Assembly (NCBI GenBank): GCA_013151445.1
Contig: JAADIG010000052.1
Span: forward strand, 2 to 64,001
Source of the DNA: Actinomycetota bacterium
GTDB lineage: Bacteria; Actinomycetota; Acidimicrobiia; Spongiisociales; UBA5794
Length of the DNA: 64,000 bases
Reading direction: 5' to 3'
The notes under the pieces were generated by a model. It made no database searches. It was given only the letters and a program-made list of their open reading frames with translations, and was not told the origin of the DNA. Shown piece by piece: positions 1 through 9,139 of this stretch (position 1 is its first letter; the number at the start of each line of letters is the position of its first letter). The position numbers were made by a program, and so were the translations under genes.

Positions 1-2
1 TC

Positions 3-1127
3 GGGCTCTCCCCCGACGGGTATCCGATAACTATCGAGTACGACCTGGAGACGATCGCCAGGCTCGACCGCGGAACCGGGACCGGCCTGTGGGCGCATCG
101 GAATCTGCTGCCGGTTTGGAATGTCCCGAACGATTACGCGGCGGATGTCGGACTGACTCCCACGATCCAATCGGCAGCTCTGAGCGACCGTTTCGGTGTC
201 GACCTTTGGATCAAGAACGAGAACACCAACCCCACGGGATCGTTCAAAGACAGAGGCCTTGCGGTGGGTGTCGCTCTCGGTGCTGCGCTCGGCGCCGAGG
301 GTTTCTTTCTACCGACCCAGGGCAATGCCGGCGTCGCCGGAGCATTCTTCTCGACCCGGTTGGGGCTCCTCCCCTGTGAGGTGACCATGCCCGATGGGTA
401 TCAGGGCGGCTTCTACCACCGTGCCGTTGAACACTACGGCGGGAACGTGACATTTGCGGGCGCAAATATTGCCGCGGCAGGAGCCCACGCTCGTCAACGT
501 ATGGCCGACGAGGTGAAGGCGGGTCGACGCGTGGACCTATCGACATTTTATGAGCCGGGCCGTCTTGAGGGTAAGAAGACCATGGGGCTGGAAATCGCAG
601 AGCAGTTCCCGGACGCATTGCCGGACTGGATCATCTACCCAACGGGAGGTGGCACCGGCCTCGTTGGCATCTGGAAGGCGTTCACAGAACTCGTGGCACT
701 CGGACACATCCCAATCGAAAGAAACCTTCCCCGCATGGTCGCGGTACAGTCGGAAGCTTGTGCTCCGGTAGTGGGCGCATTCGCCCGCGGTGACACCTCT
801 GTGTCAGCGATCACCTCCCAGGGAACTGTTGCTGACGGGCTCGATGTCCCCGGAGCAATCATGGGGCACTCGATTCTTGATGTCCTCAGCAAGTCGGAGG
901 GAACCGCAGTCGCTGTTTCGGAAACTTCGATCCGACGCGCCTTCAACGACCTCGGAGCGATTGGAATCCCCGCCGGTTATGAGGCTGCGGCGACCGTTGC
1001 CGCGCTTGGCTCTTTGACTGCGTCCGGCATCGTTGAGAGGGGACAGCGCGTGCTGCTCGTCAACACCGGTGGACCGGCCGTGGCGCTCGCGAAGTCGACG
1101 GTGGCGCCGGACAACAGTTTCCTATAG
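3..1127 (+). CDS. thrC: Threonine synthase-like PLP enzyme (5' end truncated by the window edge)
   Basis: Frame is open from position 3 and contains KNENTNPTGSFKDRG (PLP lysine motif), EGKKTMGLEIAEQ and YPTGGGTG; the track's 264 start is internal. Confidence 0.8.
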   Translation, partial: GLSPDGYPITIEYDLETIARLDRGTGTGLWAHRNLLPVWNVPNDYAADVGLTPTIQSAALSDRFGVDLWIKNENTNPTGSFKDRGLAVGVALGAALGAEGFFLPTQGNAGVAGAFFSTRLGLLPCEVTMPDGYQGGFYHRAVEHYGGNVTFAGANIAAAGAHARQRMADEVKAGRRVDLSTFYEPGRLEGKKTMGLEIAEQFPDALPDWIIYPTGGGTGLVGIWKAFTELVALGHIPIERNLPRMVAVQSEACAPVVGAFARGDTSVSAITSQGTVADGLDVPGAIMGHSILDVLSKSEGTAVAVSETSIRRAFNDLGAIGIPAGYEAAATVAALGSLTASGIVERGQRVLLVNTGGPAVALAKSTVAPDNSFL

Positions 1128-1169
1128 TTACCTGTAGATATTCGGGGTGGACCTGCCGACAGACATACC

Positions 1170-1562
1170 ATGGAGCAAGCCCTACCCCTGCACAAGAGCT
1201 TCGTGGATCTGCTTAGACAAGCATGGATCCAGCGCGACGCGTCCATCGTTGACAGATTCGTGGCTGATGATGTCGTCACGTCTCTCCAATCCGGAACCGA
1301 ACCCTTCATGGACAAAAAGGCGGTCATGCACCGTCTCGGCAACCTGTGGGTAGTCCAACGGGACATCTGGACTGACTGGACCGTCGTTTCTGACACCGCG
1401 GACACCTGCCGAATAATTGGCAGCGCCGGTTACACAAACGCTGCCTACATGACACGGGTGACGTTCGAGGGAACAACCTCGGTAACGTTCAGGGATGGCC
1501 TCGTGAGCCGTGTCAAGGTCGACGTCCAGGCAACCGTCGCACAAGGCGTCGACGCGGGTTAG
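1170..1562 (+). CDS. Hypothetical protein, possibly NTF2/SnoaL-like fold
   Basis: 130 aa; AW..RD...V.RFVADDVV start and a beta-rich end (F.G...V.FRDGLV.RV) resemble SnoaL-like proteins. Confidence 0.5.
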   Translation: MEQALPLHKSFVDLLRQAWIQRDASIVDRFVADDVVTSLQSGTEPFMDKKAVMHRLGNLWVVQRDIWTDWTVVSDTADTCRIIGSAGYTNAAYMTRVTFEGTTSVTFRDGLVSRVKVDVQATVAQGVDAG

Positions 1563-2143
1563 ATCGTGAGGTCCGCGTGCGTCCATGCCCTGGCAAACGC
1601 ATGCAGTGCCTTCGCCCGATGCGACATGACTGCCTTTTCCGATTCGGTTCGCTCGGCCAACGTTCGGCCATCGACGACGAATACGGGGTCATAGCCGAAC
1701 CCATTCACACCACGGCGTTGCATCGCGATAGTTCCCTCAAGCCGCCCCTCGACGGTCAACTCTATTCCTCCGGGCGCTGCGAACGCGATCGCGGTGACGA
1801 ATCGAGCGCTGCGGTGCTCGACACCCACGAGCTCGTTCAACAGCTTTGAAACGTTGTCCTCATCCGACGCGTCCGGTCCGGCATACCGGGCGCTGTGCAC
1901 ACCGGGCGCGCCCCCGAGTGCATCAACGAACAGGCCGGTGTCATCCCCAATTGCGGGTAGTCCGGTAGCAGCGACCACCGAACGTGCCTTCAGCAACGCG
2001 TTACCCACGAGCGTCGTTTCATACTCGTCCACGTCCGGCCAATCGAGCCCGCGCACAATTTCAACACCGAGTCCGCCGTCGCCGAGGATACGTTCAACCT
2101 CGGTGATTTTGTGCTCGTTCTTGGAGGCAATAACGATTCGCAT
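1559..2143 (-). CDS. rdgB: Non-canonical purine NTP pyrophosphatase (RdgB/HAM1)
   Basis: ASKNEHK, DDTGLFVDALGGAPGVHSARYAG, GFGYDPVF and SHR motifs; downstream of rph. Confidence 0.95.
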   Translation of the reverse strand: MRIVIASKNEHKITEVERILGDGGLGVEIVRGLDWPDVDEYETTLVGNALLKARSVVAATGLPAIGDDTGLFVDALGGAPGVHSARYAGPDASDEDNVSKLLNELVGVEHRSARFVTAIAFAAPGGIELTVEGRLEGTIAMQRRGVNGFGYDPVFVVDGRTLAERTESEKAVMSHRAKALHAFARAWTHADLTI

Positions 2144-2158
2144 AGTGCTATGAATTAT

Positions 2159-2866
2159 TCACGCATCTCGGGCGGCAGCTTGGGCAACAACCAGGTCCTT
2201 GATACCTGCGTGAGCAACGTCAAGCATCGCATCCAGCTCGGCCCGGCTGAACGGATCACCCTCGGCAGTGCCCTGAACCTCAACAAGCTTTCCCGACCCT
2301 GTCATGACGACATTGCAGTCAACATCGACCGCAACATCCTCGACATACTCAAGATCGAGGAGCGCCTCACCCTCGTAGAGACCAACGCTAATCGCGGCGA
2401 TATGATCAGAAATCGGTGACTCCTTGAGCCGCCCCTCGGAGACCCATGCATCGAACGCGTCGGCAAGAGCGATCCACGCACCGGTGATCGATGCGGTTCG
2501 AGTGCCTCCATCAGCCTGGAGGACGTCACAGTCAACCGTTGCAGTGATACCTGTCATCTTTGATAGATCCACCCCGGCACGCAATGATCGTCCGATCAGC
2601 CGTTGGATCTCCTTCGTACGTCCACCGCTGATCGACTTGCGATTGATGCGTGTAGTGCCGGAACCTGGGAGCATCGAATACTCGGCCGTTACCCACCCCT
2701 CGGGAGAGTCGCGCATCCACGGCGGTACCTTGTCCGAGAGCGACACGGTGCACAGCACACGAGTCTTCCCCATCGAGATCAGCACCGACCCGGGGGTCAT
2801 CTCGGTGAACCCTCGGACAATCTCCAAGGTTCGAAGTTCGTCGGCGGTGCGTCCAGTTCTCAACAT
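2159..2866 (-). CDS. rph: Ribonuclease PH
   Basis: GWVTAEYSMLP, GRTKEIQRLIGRSLR, DCDVLQADGGTRTASITG. Confidence 0.97.
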   Translation of the reverse strand: MLRTGRTADELRTLEIVRGFTEMTPGSVLISMGKTRVLCTVSLSDKVPPWMRDSPEGWVTAEYSMLPGSGTTRINRKSISGGRTKEIQRLIGRSLRAGVDLSKMTGITATVDCDVLQADGGTRTASITGAWIALADAFDAWVSEGRLKESPISDHIAAISVGLYEGEALLDLEYVEDVAVDVDCNVVMTGSGKLVEVQGTAEGDPFSRAELDAMLDVAHAGIKDLVVAQAAARDA

Positions 2867-2867
2867 A

Positions 2868-3647
2868 TCAGAAGGTCTCCTCTTCCAGGGTTATGGTCAA
2901 TCCGGGAGCCGCAAGCTGCACCTCACCAGGGTATTTAGCGGCCGCGACTGCAGCGACGACGTCGTCAACCGTCGCATCCAAATGAAGGTGTGTCAGCAAC
3001 AGTTGACCGGCAGCCGAGCGTGACGCCATCGTTACGGCCCCCGCCACCGTCAAGTGAAACGGATATGGTGTCGACTGGTCTCGATCGTTGCCGGCCTCGG
3101 CAATGAGCAGATCGGTTGCCGCGGCGAGTTCTTCCACCTTCGAACTCGGACCCGTATCCCCGGTGTAGGTGAGTGAACGGCGCAGATGGCTCACACGCAC
3201 CGCGATCGCCGGGACCGAGTGGTTGGCTTCAGCGAATGCACACTCCAACACACCCACAGTGATCACCTCGCCAGGCGTCGGTTCCTCAAACGTGACGATG
3301 TCCCGATAACCATGCGTTGGACCAGCCTGGAGCGCACCAGCAAAGGCCTCCTCAACCCCGGCAGGTGCAATCACCCGCAGCGCGGAACGCGTCCTCCCAG
3401 CCCGCCGCTCCGCGGCGATGTATCCGTAGAGTCCGAAGAGGTCCGCCAGGTGATCGACGTGCCGGTGGGTAACAACCACCGCATCCGGTACGTCTGGTAG
3501 AACACCGAAAAGAGGCTGCAAAGTACCGGAACCCATGTCGAGAACAAGCGAAGTTGTGTCGGCTGTGACAAGGTACCCGGATGCTCCGACCCCGCGTGTC
3601 GGACCGCCCGAGTTGCATCCCAGCACAGTCATCGTGAGATCACTCAT
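2868..3647 (-). CDS. MBL-fold metallo-hydrolase (Rv1339-like position next to rph)
   Basis: THRHVDH (HxHxDH), YTGDTG and LTHL motifs; likely start MSDLTMTVLG at 3647. Confidence 0.85.
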   Translation of the reverse strand: MSDLTMTVLGCNSGGPTRGVGASGYLVTADTTSLVLDMGSGTLQPLFGVLPDVPDAVVVTHRHVDHLADLFGLYGYIAAERRAGRTRSALRVIAPAGVEEAFAGALQAGPTHGYRDIVTFEEPTPGEVITVGVLECAFAEANHSVPAIAVRVSHLRRSLTYTGDTGPSSKVEELAAATDLLIAEAGNDRDQSTPYPFHLTVAGAVTMASRSAAGQLLLTHLHLDATVDDVVAAVAAAKYPGEVQLAAPGLTITLEEETF

Positions 3648-3904
3648 CGAAACGTCAGGGCCAGAATCCATGCCACCGAAACACCCATGGCCACGACGAG
3701 GGGGCGACTTACCTTCTCGCGCCATACCCCGATCGAGTGCAGAGCTCCGATTAACCACAGCAACCCGAGCCCCGCTACGGCGGGCCATGGCATAACGAGC
3801 AGCGACACAACGATGAAAAACCCTGCCACAAGATGCATACCAAGTCCGATGTACGCAAACATCAGATGGTGGGGCGATATTTCCTCGGCGGGTTCAGCAG
3901 GCAT
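3644..3904 (-). CDS. Small membrane protein (about 3 hydrophobic segments)
   Basis: 86 aa hydrophobic ORF whose stop overlaps the MBL start (ATGA). Confidence 0.65.
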   Translation of the reverse strand: MPAEPAEEISPHHLMFAYIGLGMHLVAGFFIVVSLLVMPWPAVAGLGLLWLIGALHSIGVWREKVSRPLVVAMGVSVAWILALTFR

Positions 3905-3979
3905 ACGTGACGATGCTAGTGGAGTGGCACTGGCGTCAAGCTGCCCGCATCCCCGTGAGAGCGAGCCGGGGAAGCGCCT

Positions 3980-4402
3980 TCAAATGTCACCCAAACGGTG
4001 GCCGCCCGCGATTTCGACGGGGAACACGGACGTCTCGGTGAGTCGAAAAGCTCGCAACGTCGGCACAATTCCACCGAGGTCGACGATGACGTGGACCCAG
4101 TCGCGCTCAACGTCGGTCGCCCTGTCGGCGATAGACGGGTAGGCGGGACCACCAGGATGGGAATGGTAGATGGCTCCGATGGGTTCCCCCGACTGCTCCG
4201 CACCGCGCAGCGCACGCACAAGGGTTGCCGGGTCCATGGTGTATCGGTCCGGTGCGGCATCGATGTTCGGTATGGGATACACGCTTGTGACGGCTCCATT
4301 CAAAACACCCAACACGCCACACCCCTCGTTTGGCAGAACTGCGGCGACCGCGTCGACGATCAGACCCCGGATCGTTGCGGAGATGCGTATCGTCGCGATC
4401 AC
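3980..4402 (-). CDS. M67/JAB (Mec-like) metallopeptidase
   Basis: PNEGCGVL and JAMM motif YHSHPGGPAYPSIAD; GTG start overlaps the arcA stop (GTGA). Confidence 0.85.
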   Translation of the reverse strand: MIATIRISATIRGLIVDAVAAVLPNEGCGVLGVLNGAVTSVYPIPNIDAAPDRYTMDPATLVRALRGAEQSGEPIGAIYHSHPGGPAYPSIADRATDVERDWVHVIVDLGGIVPTLRAFRLTETSVFPVEIAGGHRLGDI

Positions 4403-5628
4403 TGGCCGAGGGGTGCGCGCACGATGGGCTGGGTCATACATCGGCTACCACCACGCCCCCGACAGAGCTCGGAACTATCTAGCTCGAGTACCTCGACGCC
4501 GTGTTCACGGAGCCTGGCGTTGGTTTCGACGTTGCGGGAGTACGCCACGACCACACCGGGTGCCAGAGCGAGCGTGTTGTTGCCGTCGTCCCACTGCTCA
4601 CGAAGCCTTCCGATGGCATCTCCACCGGTCGGCAAGAGCGTCACGGACGACAGCCCTAACGCATCCAACAAGGCAGCTTCGAGCGATGGTGCAGCAACGA
4701 CCGACAGCCCACCCTCACCGTTAGCCCGGACAACGTGTACTGCCGTGCCGGTCAACAATCCCGGGAAAACGTTGAACGTCGATCGGTCAACCATCGTGAG
4801 CGCGGTGTCAAGGTGCATGAGTGCCCGAGCATGGGGCAGGTGCACAGCGATTACCTGCTCGACATCGGTTTCGTCGAACAGACGTCTGGCAAGAATCTCC
4901 ACGGCCGCCGGCGTGGTCCGTTCGCCGATGCCGAGGCAGACCGTCAGATCGTTCAATACCAACACATCACCCCCCTCGAGGGACGCTGGATACATATCTC
5001 CACGACTCGCACCGAACACCGACGTCGTAGGTTGGCCCGAGAACAGCGGGTGATGATCGTAGATCGCCGCGACATAGACCGACTCTCGGTGGCGTGCCGG
5101 GGTGGCCAACACGTTGCGCGACAGGTTTGATCCGATCCACGACGCGTTGTCGCGCATGAACAGCAGGTTCGGGAGCGGACTCAGCACATGATGGAAGCGG
5201 TCCGCCACCAGGTCAGCGAACACAGGATCGATGCCCCAAGCCCCAAGTTCGCGCTCCATGATCCCCCCGACGAGTACGTCAACGACGTGGCGCGCCGGGG
5301 CCTCCATCAACGCCGCCACTAGGGCTTCGGATACTGCGGGACCGCACTGTGTGCGTGTCAGCACCGACTCAAGTACACCGAGACGAACATCGAGTTGCCC
5401 CATAACGTCGTAAAGCAACTGGTCGAAGTACAGCACCTCGGTGCCTCGATCCGTCATGAGCCCAACGAATTCATCGTGTTCGTCTTGCGCGCGGTCAAGC
5501 CACAACAGATCATCAAACAGCAGAGCTTCCTTGTTATCCGGAGTGATACGGCCGATCTCGATACCGGGCCGATGGACCAACACGGTTTTCAGCACACCGA
5601 TCTCGGAGTTGATTGCCGGTTTCATCAC
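4399..5628 (-). CDS. arcA: Arginine deiminase
   Basis: SEIGVLKTVLVHRPG, LLFDD, PNLLFMRD, EGGD, MHLDT, EQWDDGNN, SELCRGRGGSRCM. Confidence 0.93.
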   Translation of the reverse strand: MMKPAINSEIGVLKTVLVHRPGIEIGRITPDNKEALLFDDLLWLDRAQDEHDEFVGLMTDRGTEVLYFDQLLYDVMGQLDVRLGVLESVLTRTQCGPAVSEALVAALMEAPARHVVDVLVGGIMERELGAWGIDPVFADLVADRFHHVLSPLPNLLFMRDNASWIGSNLSRNVLATPARHRESVYVAAIYDHHPLFSGQPTTSVFGASRGDMYPASLEGGDVLVLNDLTVCLGIGERTTPAAVEILARRLFDETDVEQVIAVHLPHARALMHLDTALTMVDRSTFNVFPGLLTGTAVHVVRANGEGGLSVVAAPSLEAALLDALGLSSVTLLPTGGDAIGRLREQWDDGNNTLALAPGVVVAYSRNVETNARLREHGVEVLELDSSELCRGRGGSRCMTQPIVRAPLGQ

Positions 5629-6398
5629 GTTGCGTCGGCCGCCGCACTGCGAAACAGCATTGCGACCGCGAGGTCGCCATCGATATCGAGTGTGGCCAAC
5701 GATCCTCTCCCCCAGATCCAGCTGGCAAGCGAATGCGCTGGTCCGGTGATTGCGACATCTGGATCGTCAACACCCGTGACGAACTCCATGCCAGGCAACT
5801 CCTCGTAGTGCCTTCCCGACGTGGGCGAGGTGCCCTCAAAGGCACCAAGTTCCAGCATCCATGATGCCTCGACATCGGTGCACGCCAGGTACACGACCTT
5901 GTCGAACGGTATCCAGGTACCCCAGGGTGGACACCCTGTGAGGAGAACTTCGAGAACTTCGGCCGCACAATCAGCGGCGAACTCGCGTTCGAAGGGGACA
6001 ATGTCGCCCACCGCGATCTCCGCGTCGAGCCGATGTATCGCAGTCTCATGTGCCATGCGCCGCATCCAGAATCCGGCGGTCTGGTTCGAGGTGTGCCATG
6101 TGTACAGAGGCGTGGTCGGATCGATGCCGGCCAGTGCGCTCACCATGTCTCGTGCGGCCGCGCCGGCCCAGGCCACGACATCTCGCTCGGGGGCATCAAC
6201 CGGATCGGGGAAACGATCCGTGAGTCCCTCGTTAACCAGATCAAGTGTGCGTCGGTGGATTCGACCCAGATGAGCAACGACGTCTGTCACAGTCCACCCT
6301 GGACAGGTCTCGAGATCGAGATCAGGGTTCGACAGAGCGATGTCATGAAGCCGTTTCGCATCGGCAGTAATCGCATCGAGATAGGTGTTCCAATCCAT
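5625..6398 (-). CDS. Mycothiol-dependent maleylpyruvate isomerase family protein (MDMPI/DinB-like)
   Basis: [15 protein letters not shown] and [16 protein letters not shown] motifs. Confidence 0.88.
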   Translation of the reverse strand: MDWNTYLDAITADAKRLHDIALSNPDLDLETCPGWTVTDVVAHLGRIHRRTLDLVNEGLTDRFPDPVDAPERDVVAWAGAAARDMVSALAGIDPTTPLYTWHTSNQTAGFWMRRMAHETAIHRLDAEIAVGDIVPFEREFAADCAAEVLEVLLTGCPPWGTWIPFDKVVYLACTDVEASWMLELGAFEGTSPTSGRHYEELPGMEFVTGVDDPDVAITGPAHSLASWIWGRGSLATLDIDGDLAVAMLFRSAAADAT

Positions 6399-6468
6399 GT
6401 GGCAAGCCTACTCAGGTCCCAGACGCCGACGTGGACTACCCTCTCCCATCGAGCGACACTGGAGTGGC

Positions 6469-7587
6469 ATGGCGAAGACGATCGGCATCTTGACGGCGGG
6501 TGGCGACTCGCCGGGGCTCAACGCGGCAATCCGCGCCATCGGCAAGGCAGCGATCAGGTCTCACGGCATGCAGGTGATCGGCTTTCGTGACGGCTTTCGG
6601 GGTCTCATGCAAAACCAAACCATCAGACTCGACGGTGCGGCGCTCAGCGGCATTCTCACCCACGGTGGCACGATCCTCGGCACCAGCCGCGACAAACCAC
6701 ACAAGATGAAGGTGGGCGACCGCGTCCTGGACATGACCGATCTCATGATCGAGAACTGCGAACAGAACGGCATCGACACACTCATCTGCCTCGGCGGTGG
6801 CGGTACCCAAAAGAACGCCCTGCGACTCGCCAACGCGGGTCTTCGAATTATCACGCTCCCAAAGACGATCGACAACGACGTTTGGGGCACCGACCGGACG
6901 TTTGGGTTCGACACGGCGCTCGGCATCGCTACCGAAGCCATCGACAGGCTGCATTCGACCGCACACTCACACCATCGCATAATGGTGGTCGAAGTGATGG
7001 GACACAACACCGGCTGGTTGGCTCTCGGATCGGGCCTCGCTGGCGGCGGCGACGTTGTTGCCATCCCGGAAATCCCGTACAACCTGGATGCGCTTGCGGA
7101 AACTATCTCCCATCGCCGTGCAACGGGATCGACCTTCTCGATCGTCGTCGTCTCCGAAGGAGCCGTGAGCGCAGACCACCAGGCAAAGGTCGATATCGTC
7201 AACAGCGATCTTGCATCAGCGACCGGGGACTCCCGTGCAGGATTGAAGGCACAACTCAGGGCTCTTGAATCCGACGAAGGGCAGACCACCGCAGTGCTGG
7301 CAAGAGAGCTGGCTGACCGCACTGGTCTCGAGGCCAGGGTCACCATCCTCGGACACGTACAGCGCGGCGGCACCCCCTCGACGGTTGACAGAATTCTCGC
7401 CACGACGCTCGGCACGGAAGCAGCGCACGCTGCCGCCGAGGGTCTCTCCGGGATCATGATCGCCGCGCGCGGAGCCAACGTCGAGCATGTCGCTCTTGAG
7501 CAAGTGGCGGGACGACGCAAGACGGTTCCACTCGACCACCCGTGGGTTCGCTCCGCCAAGCGGCTCGGGGTCGGGTTCGGAATCTGA
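6469..7587 (+). CDS. pfkA: 6-phosphofructokinase
   Basis: [47 protein letters not shown]; start MAKTIG at 6469. Confidence 0.93.
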   Translation: MAKTIGILTAGGDSPGLNAAIRAIGKAAIRSHGMQVIGFRDGFRGLMQNQTIRLDGAALSGILTHGGTILGTSRDKPHKMKVGDRVLDMTDLMIENCEQNGIDTLICLGGGGTQKNALRLANAGLRIITLPKTIDNDVWGTDRTFGFDTALGIATEAIDRLHSTAHSHHRIMVVEVMGHNTGWLALGSGLAGGGDVVAIPEIPYNLDALAETISHRRATGSTFSIVVVSEGAVSADHQAKVDIVNSDLASATGDSRAGLKAQLRALESDEGQTTAVLARELADRTGLEARVTILGHVQRGGTPSTVDRILATTLGTEAAHAAAEGLSGIMIAARGANVEHVALEQVAGRRKTVPLDHPWVRSAKRLGVGFGI

Positions 7588-8090
7588 TGATTCGGACACC
7601 GCTCGAAGCGGCGGTAATCGCAGCTGCACGCGCAACCGGCTTCCCCGTGGACTGTGTCGAATGTGATCCAAACCTCGCCGATACGGCAGCCTTCTGTGAG
7701 ACCTATGGGTACACGCCGAACCAGTCCGCCAATACGATCGTCGTGGCTTCACGCAGACCCGAGGGACTCATCGCTGCTTGTGTCGTCCTCGCAACCCACC
7801 GGCTCGACGTCAACGGAACCGTGCGAAAAAGGCTTGGTGCCCGCAAGGTGTCATTCGCACCCGCCGAGCTCACGACCGAGATCACCGGGATGGTGCTGGG
7901 AGGGGTGACCCCATTCGGTCTCCCCCCGGACGTTCCGGTATGGATCGATGCCGATGTCATGGCCGAACCGTATGTGATAGTTGGCGGGGGAAGCCGATCG
8001 CTCAAGCTGGGGGTTCCACCACAGGCACTCGCCGATCTCGCCCCCGCACAAGTCGTCGTTGGCCTGGCAAATGCGGTCCAAGAAACCTAG
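7587..8090 (+). CDS. YbaK/EbsC family aminoacyl-tRNA editing-domain protein
   Basis: LADTAAFC, TGMVLGGVTPFGLP, VGGGSRSLK; ATG overlaps the pfk TGA. Confidence 0.85.
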   Translation: MIRTPLEAAVIAAARATGFPVDCVECDPNLADTAAFCETYGYTPNQSANTIVVASRRPEGLIAACVVLATHRLDVNGTVRKRLGARKVSFAPAELTTEITGMVLGGVTPFGLPPDVPVWIDADVMAEPYVIVGGGSRSLKLGVPPQALADLAPAQVVVGLANAVQET

Positions 8091-8097
8091 ACGCACC

Positions 8098-8129
8098 GGA
8101 GCCCACCGGTTTCGATCCCGGTGGGCTCC
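8098..8129. terminator. Hairpin between convergent genes
   Basis: GGAGCCCACCGG / CCGGTGGGCTCC perfect 12-bp stem, 8-nt loop. Confidence 0.7.
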
Positions 8130-8148
8130 CATGTCACGTCGGGAACAG

Positions 8149-8961
8149 TTACTCGTCGTACGACACAGCCTCATCAGGTGACGAGTTGAGCGTGAGCACA
8201 AACGCTGCGCACCGAGTGTCCCGGACTACTTCGACGGTGATCTGTCCGTTTCGTGCGCTGTAGACATCGCCGGTGGCCTCGTCGGCAACGAGATCAAAGG
8301 TCTGCGTCCCACCCGAGAACAACCACTCCGTCGCGAACGCGCCGGAGGTATCAGCAAGAACACGAGACGTGCCCATTTCAGCTTCACCGTTCGCCACAAT
8401 GCGCAAGGTCGCCGTCTCGCCAACGTCGAGGTTGGTGACGTACCCGGATGCGCGTACGAGAATATCTGCCCGCGGGGTTGTCCCAAGCGGACATCCCACA
8501 ACCGAACTCGTCACCACGGTACCGCTCGCGATGGTGAACGTGGTGTCACTATTCACCGTTACCAACGAGTCCGTGTCGAACGCGTAGAGCGCCGGCTGAA
8601 AGTCGGTCGGACTCATACCTCCCAATAGTTCCGCGTTGTCCGCGTTCGCCACCGTGGCGTCCTCGGCTCCGAGGTACTCCGCGAAACGACGCATGAATGC
8701 AGCCATCTGCCCACGGGTCACGTTGTCTTCGGGGCAGAAGTTGGTGTTCGCCGGCGGGTTGCAACCAGCGGTCACACCGGCTCCGGCCAACCACTCAATA
8801 TCCGTCTCAAAGATAGATCCGTCGTCGTCGGTGAAGGTGTCGCTCGCCGCGAATACCGCCACCGGGACCACCGAGACGACCATCATTGTCGCCACCGCAA
8901 CAAGTAGCTTGCGGGACCCCTTCTCTCTCAGTTTCTTGAAACTCACGTTCTCTTCTCTCAT
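8149..8961 (-). CDS. Secreted protein with one SLH-like domain
   Basis: Signal peptide, then FTDDDGSIFETDIEWLAGAGVTAGCNPPANTNFCPEDNVTRGQMAAFM. Confidence 0.8.
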   Translation of the reverse strand: MREENVSFKKLREKGSRKLLVAVATMMVVSVVPVAVFAASDTFTDDDGSIFETDIEWLAGAGVTAGCNPPANTNFCPEDNVTRGQMAAFMRRFAEYLGAEDATVANADNAELLGGMSPTDFQPALYAFDTDSLVTVNSDTTFTIASGTVVTSSVVGCPLGTTPRADILVRASGYVTNLDVGETATLRIVANGEAEMGTSRVLADTSGAFATEWLFSGGTQTFDLVADEATGDVYSARNGQITVEVVRDTRCAAFVLTLNSSPDEAVSYDE

Positions 8962-9139
8962 GTCCGTAGCTGACCTCTTGCCAGCATTACCGGTAGAGAC
9001 ACCCGCAGTCGTGGGTTCTTACACAGATGGGTACGATTTCTCGTTTGTCATTCCTTGCGCCACCTTGATGGGGTGTTGTTGCGTTGATAACTACTGACTG
9101 TGGTAATTTGCCCACTGTGTGTTCGACTAACAGGGGAAC

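Noticed and set aside
3998..5053. Long antisense ORFs (also 6561-7559, 29534-30610, 38413-39531)
   Set aside because: Shadows of well-supported genes in GC-rich DNA with no recognisable motifs
6781..6880. Assigning ATP versus PPi specificity to the phosphofructokinase
   Set aside because: GGGGT and PKTIDND give mixed signals; cannot be decided by eye
8962..9139. Riboswitch or sigma28 site between the divergent SLH genes
   Set aside because: No recognisable aptamer; the best promoter-like match (GTAA-N15-TTCGACTA) is too weak
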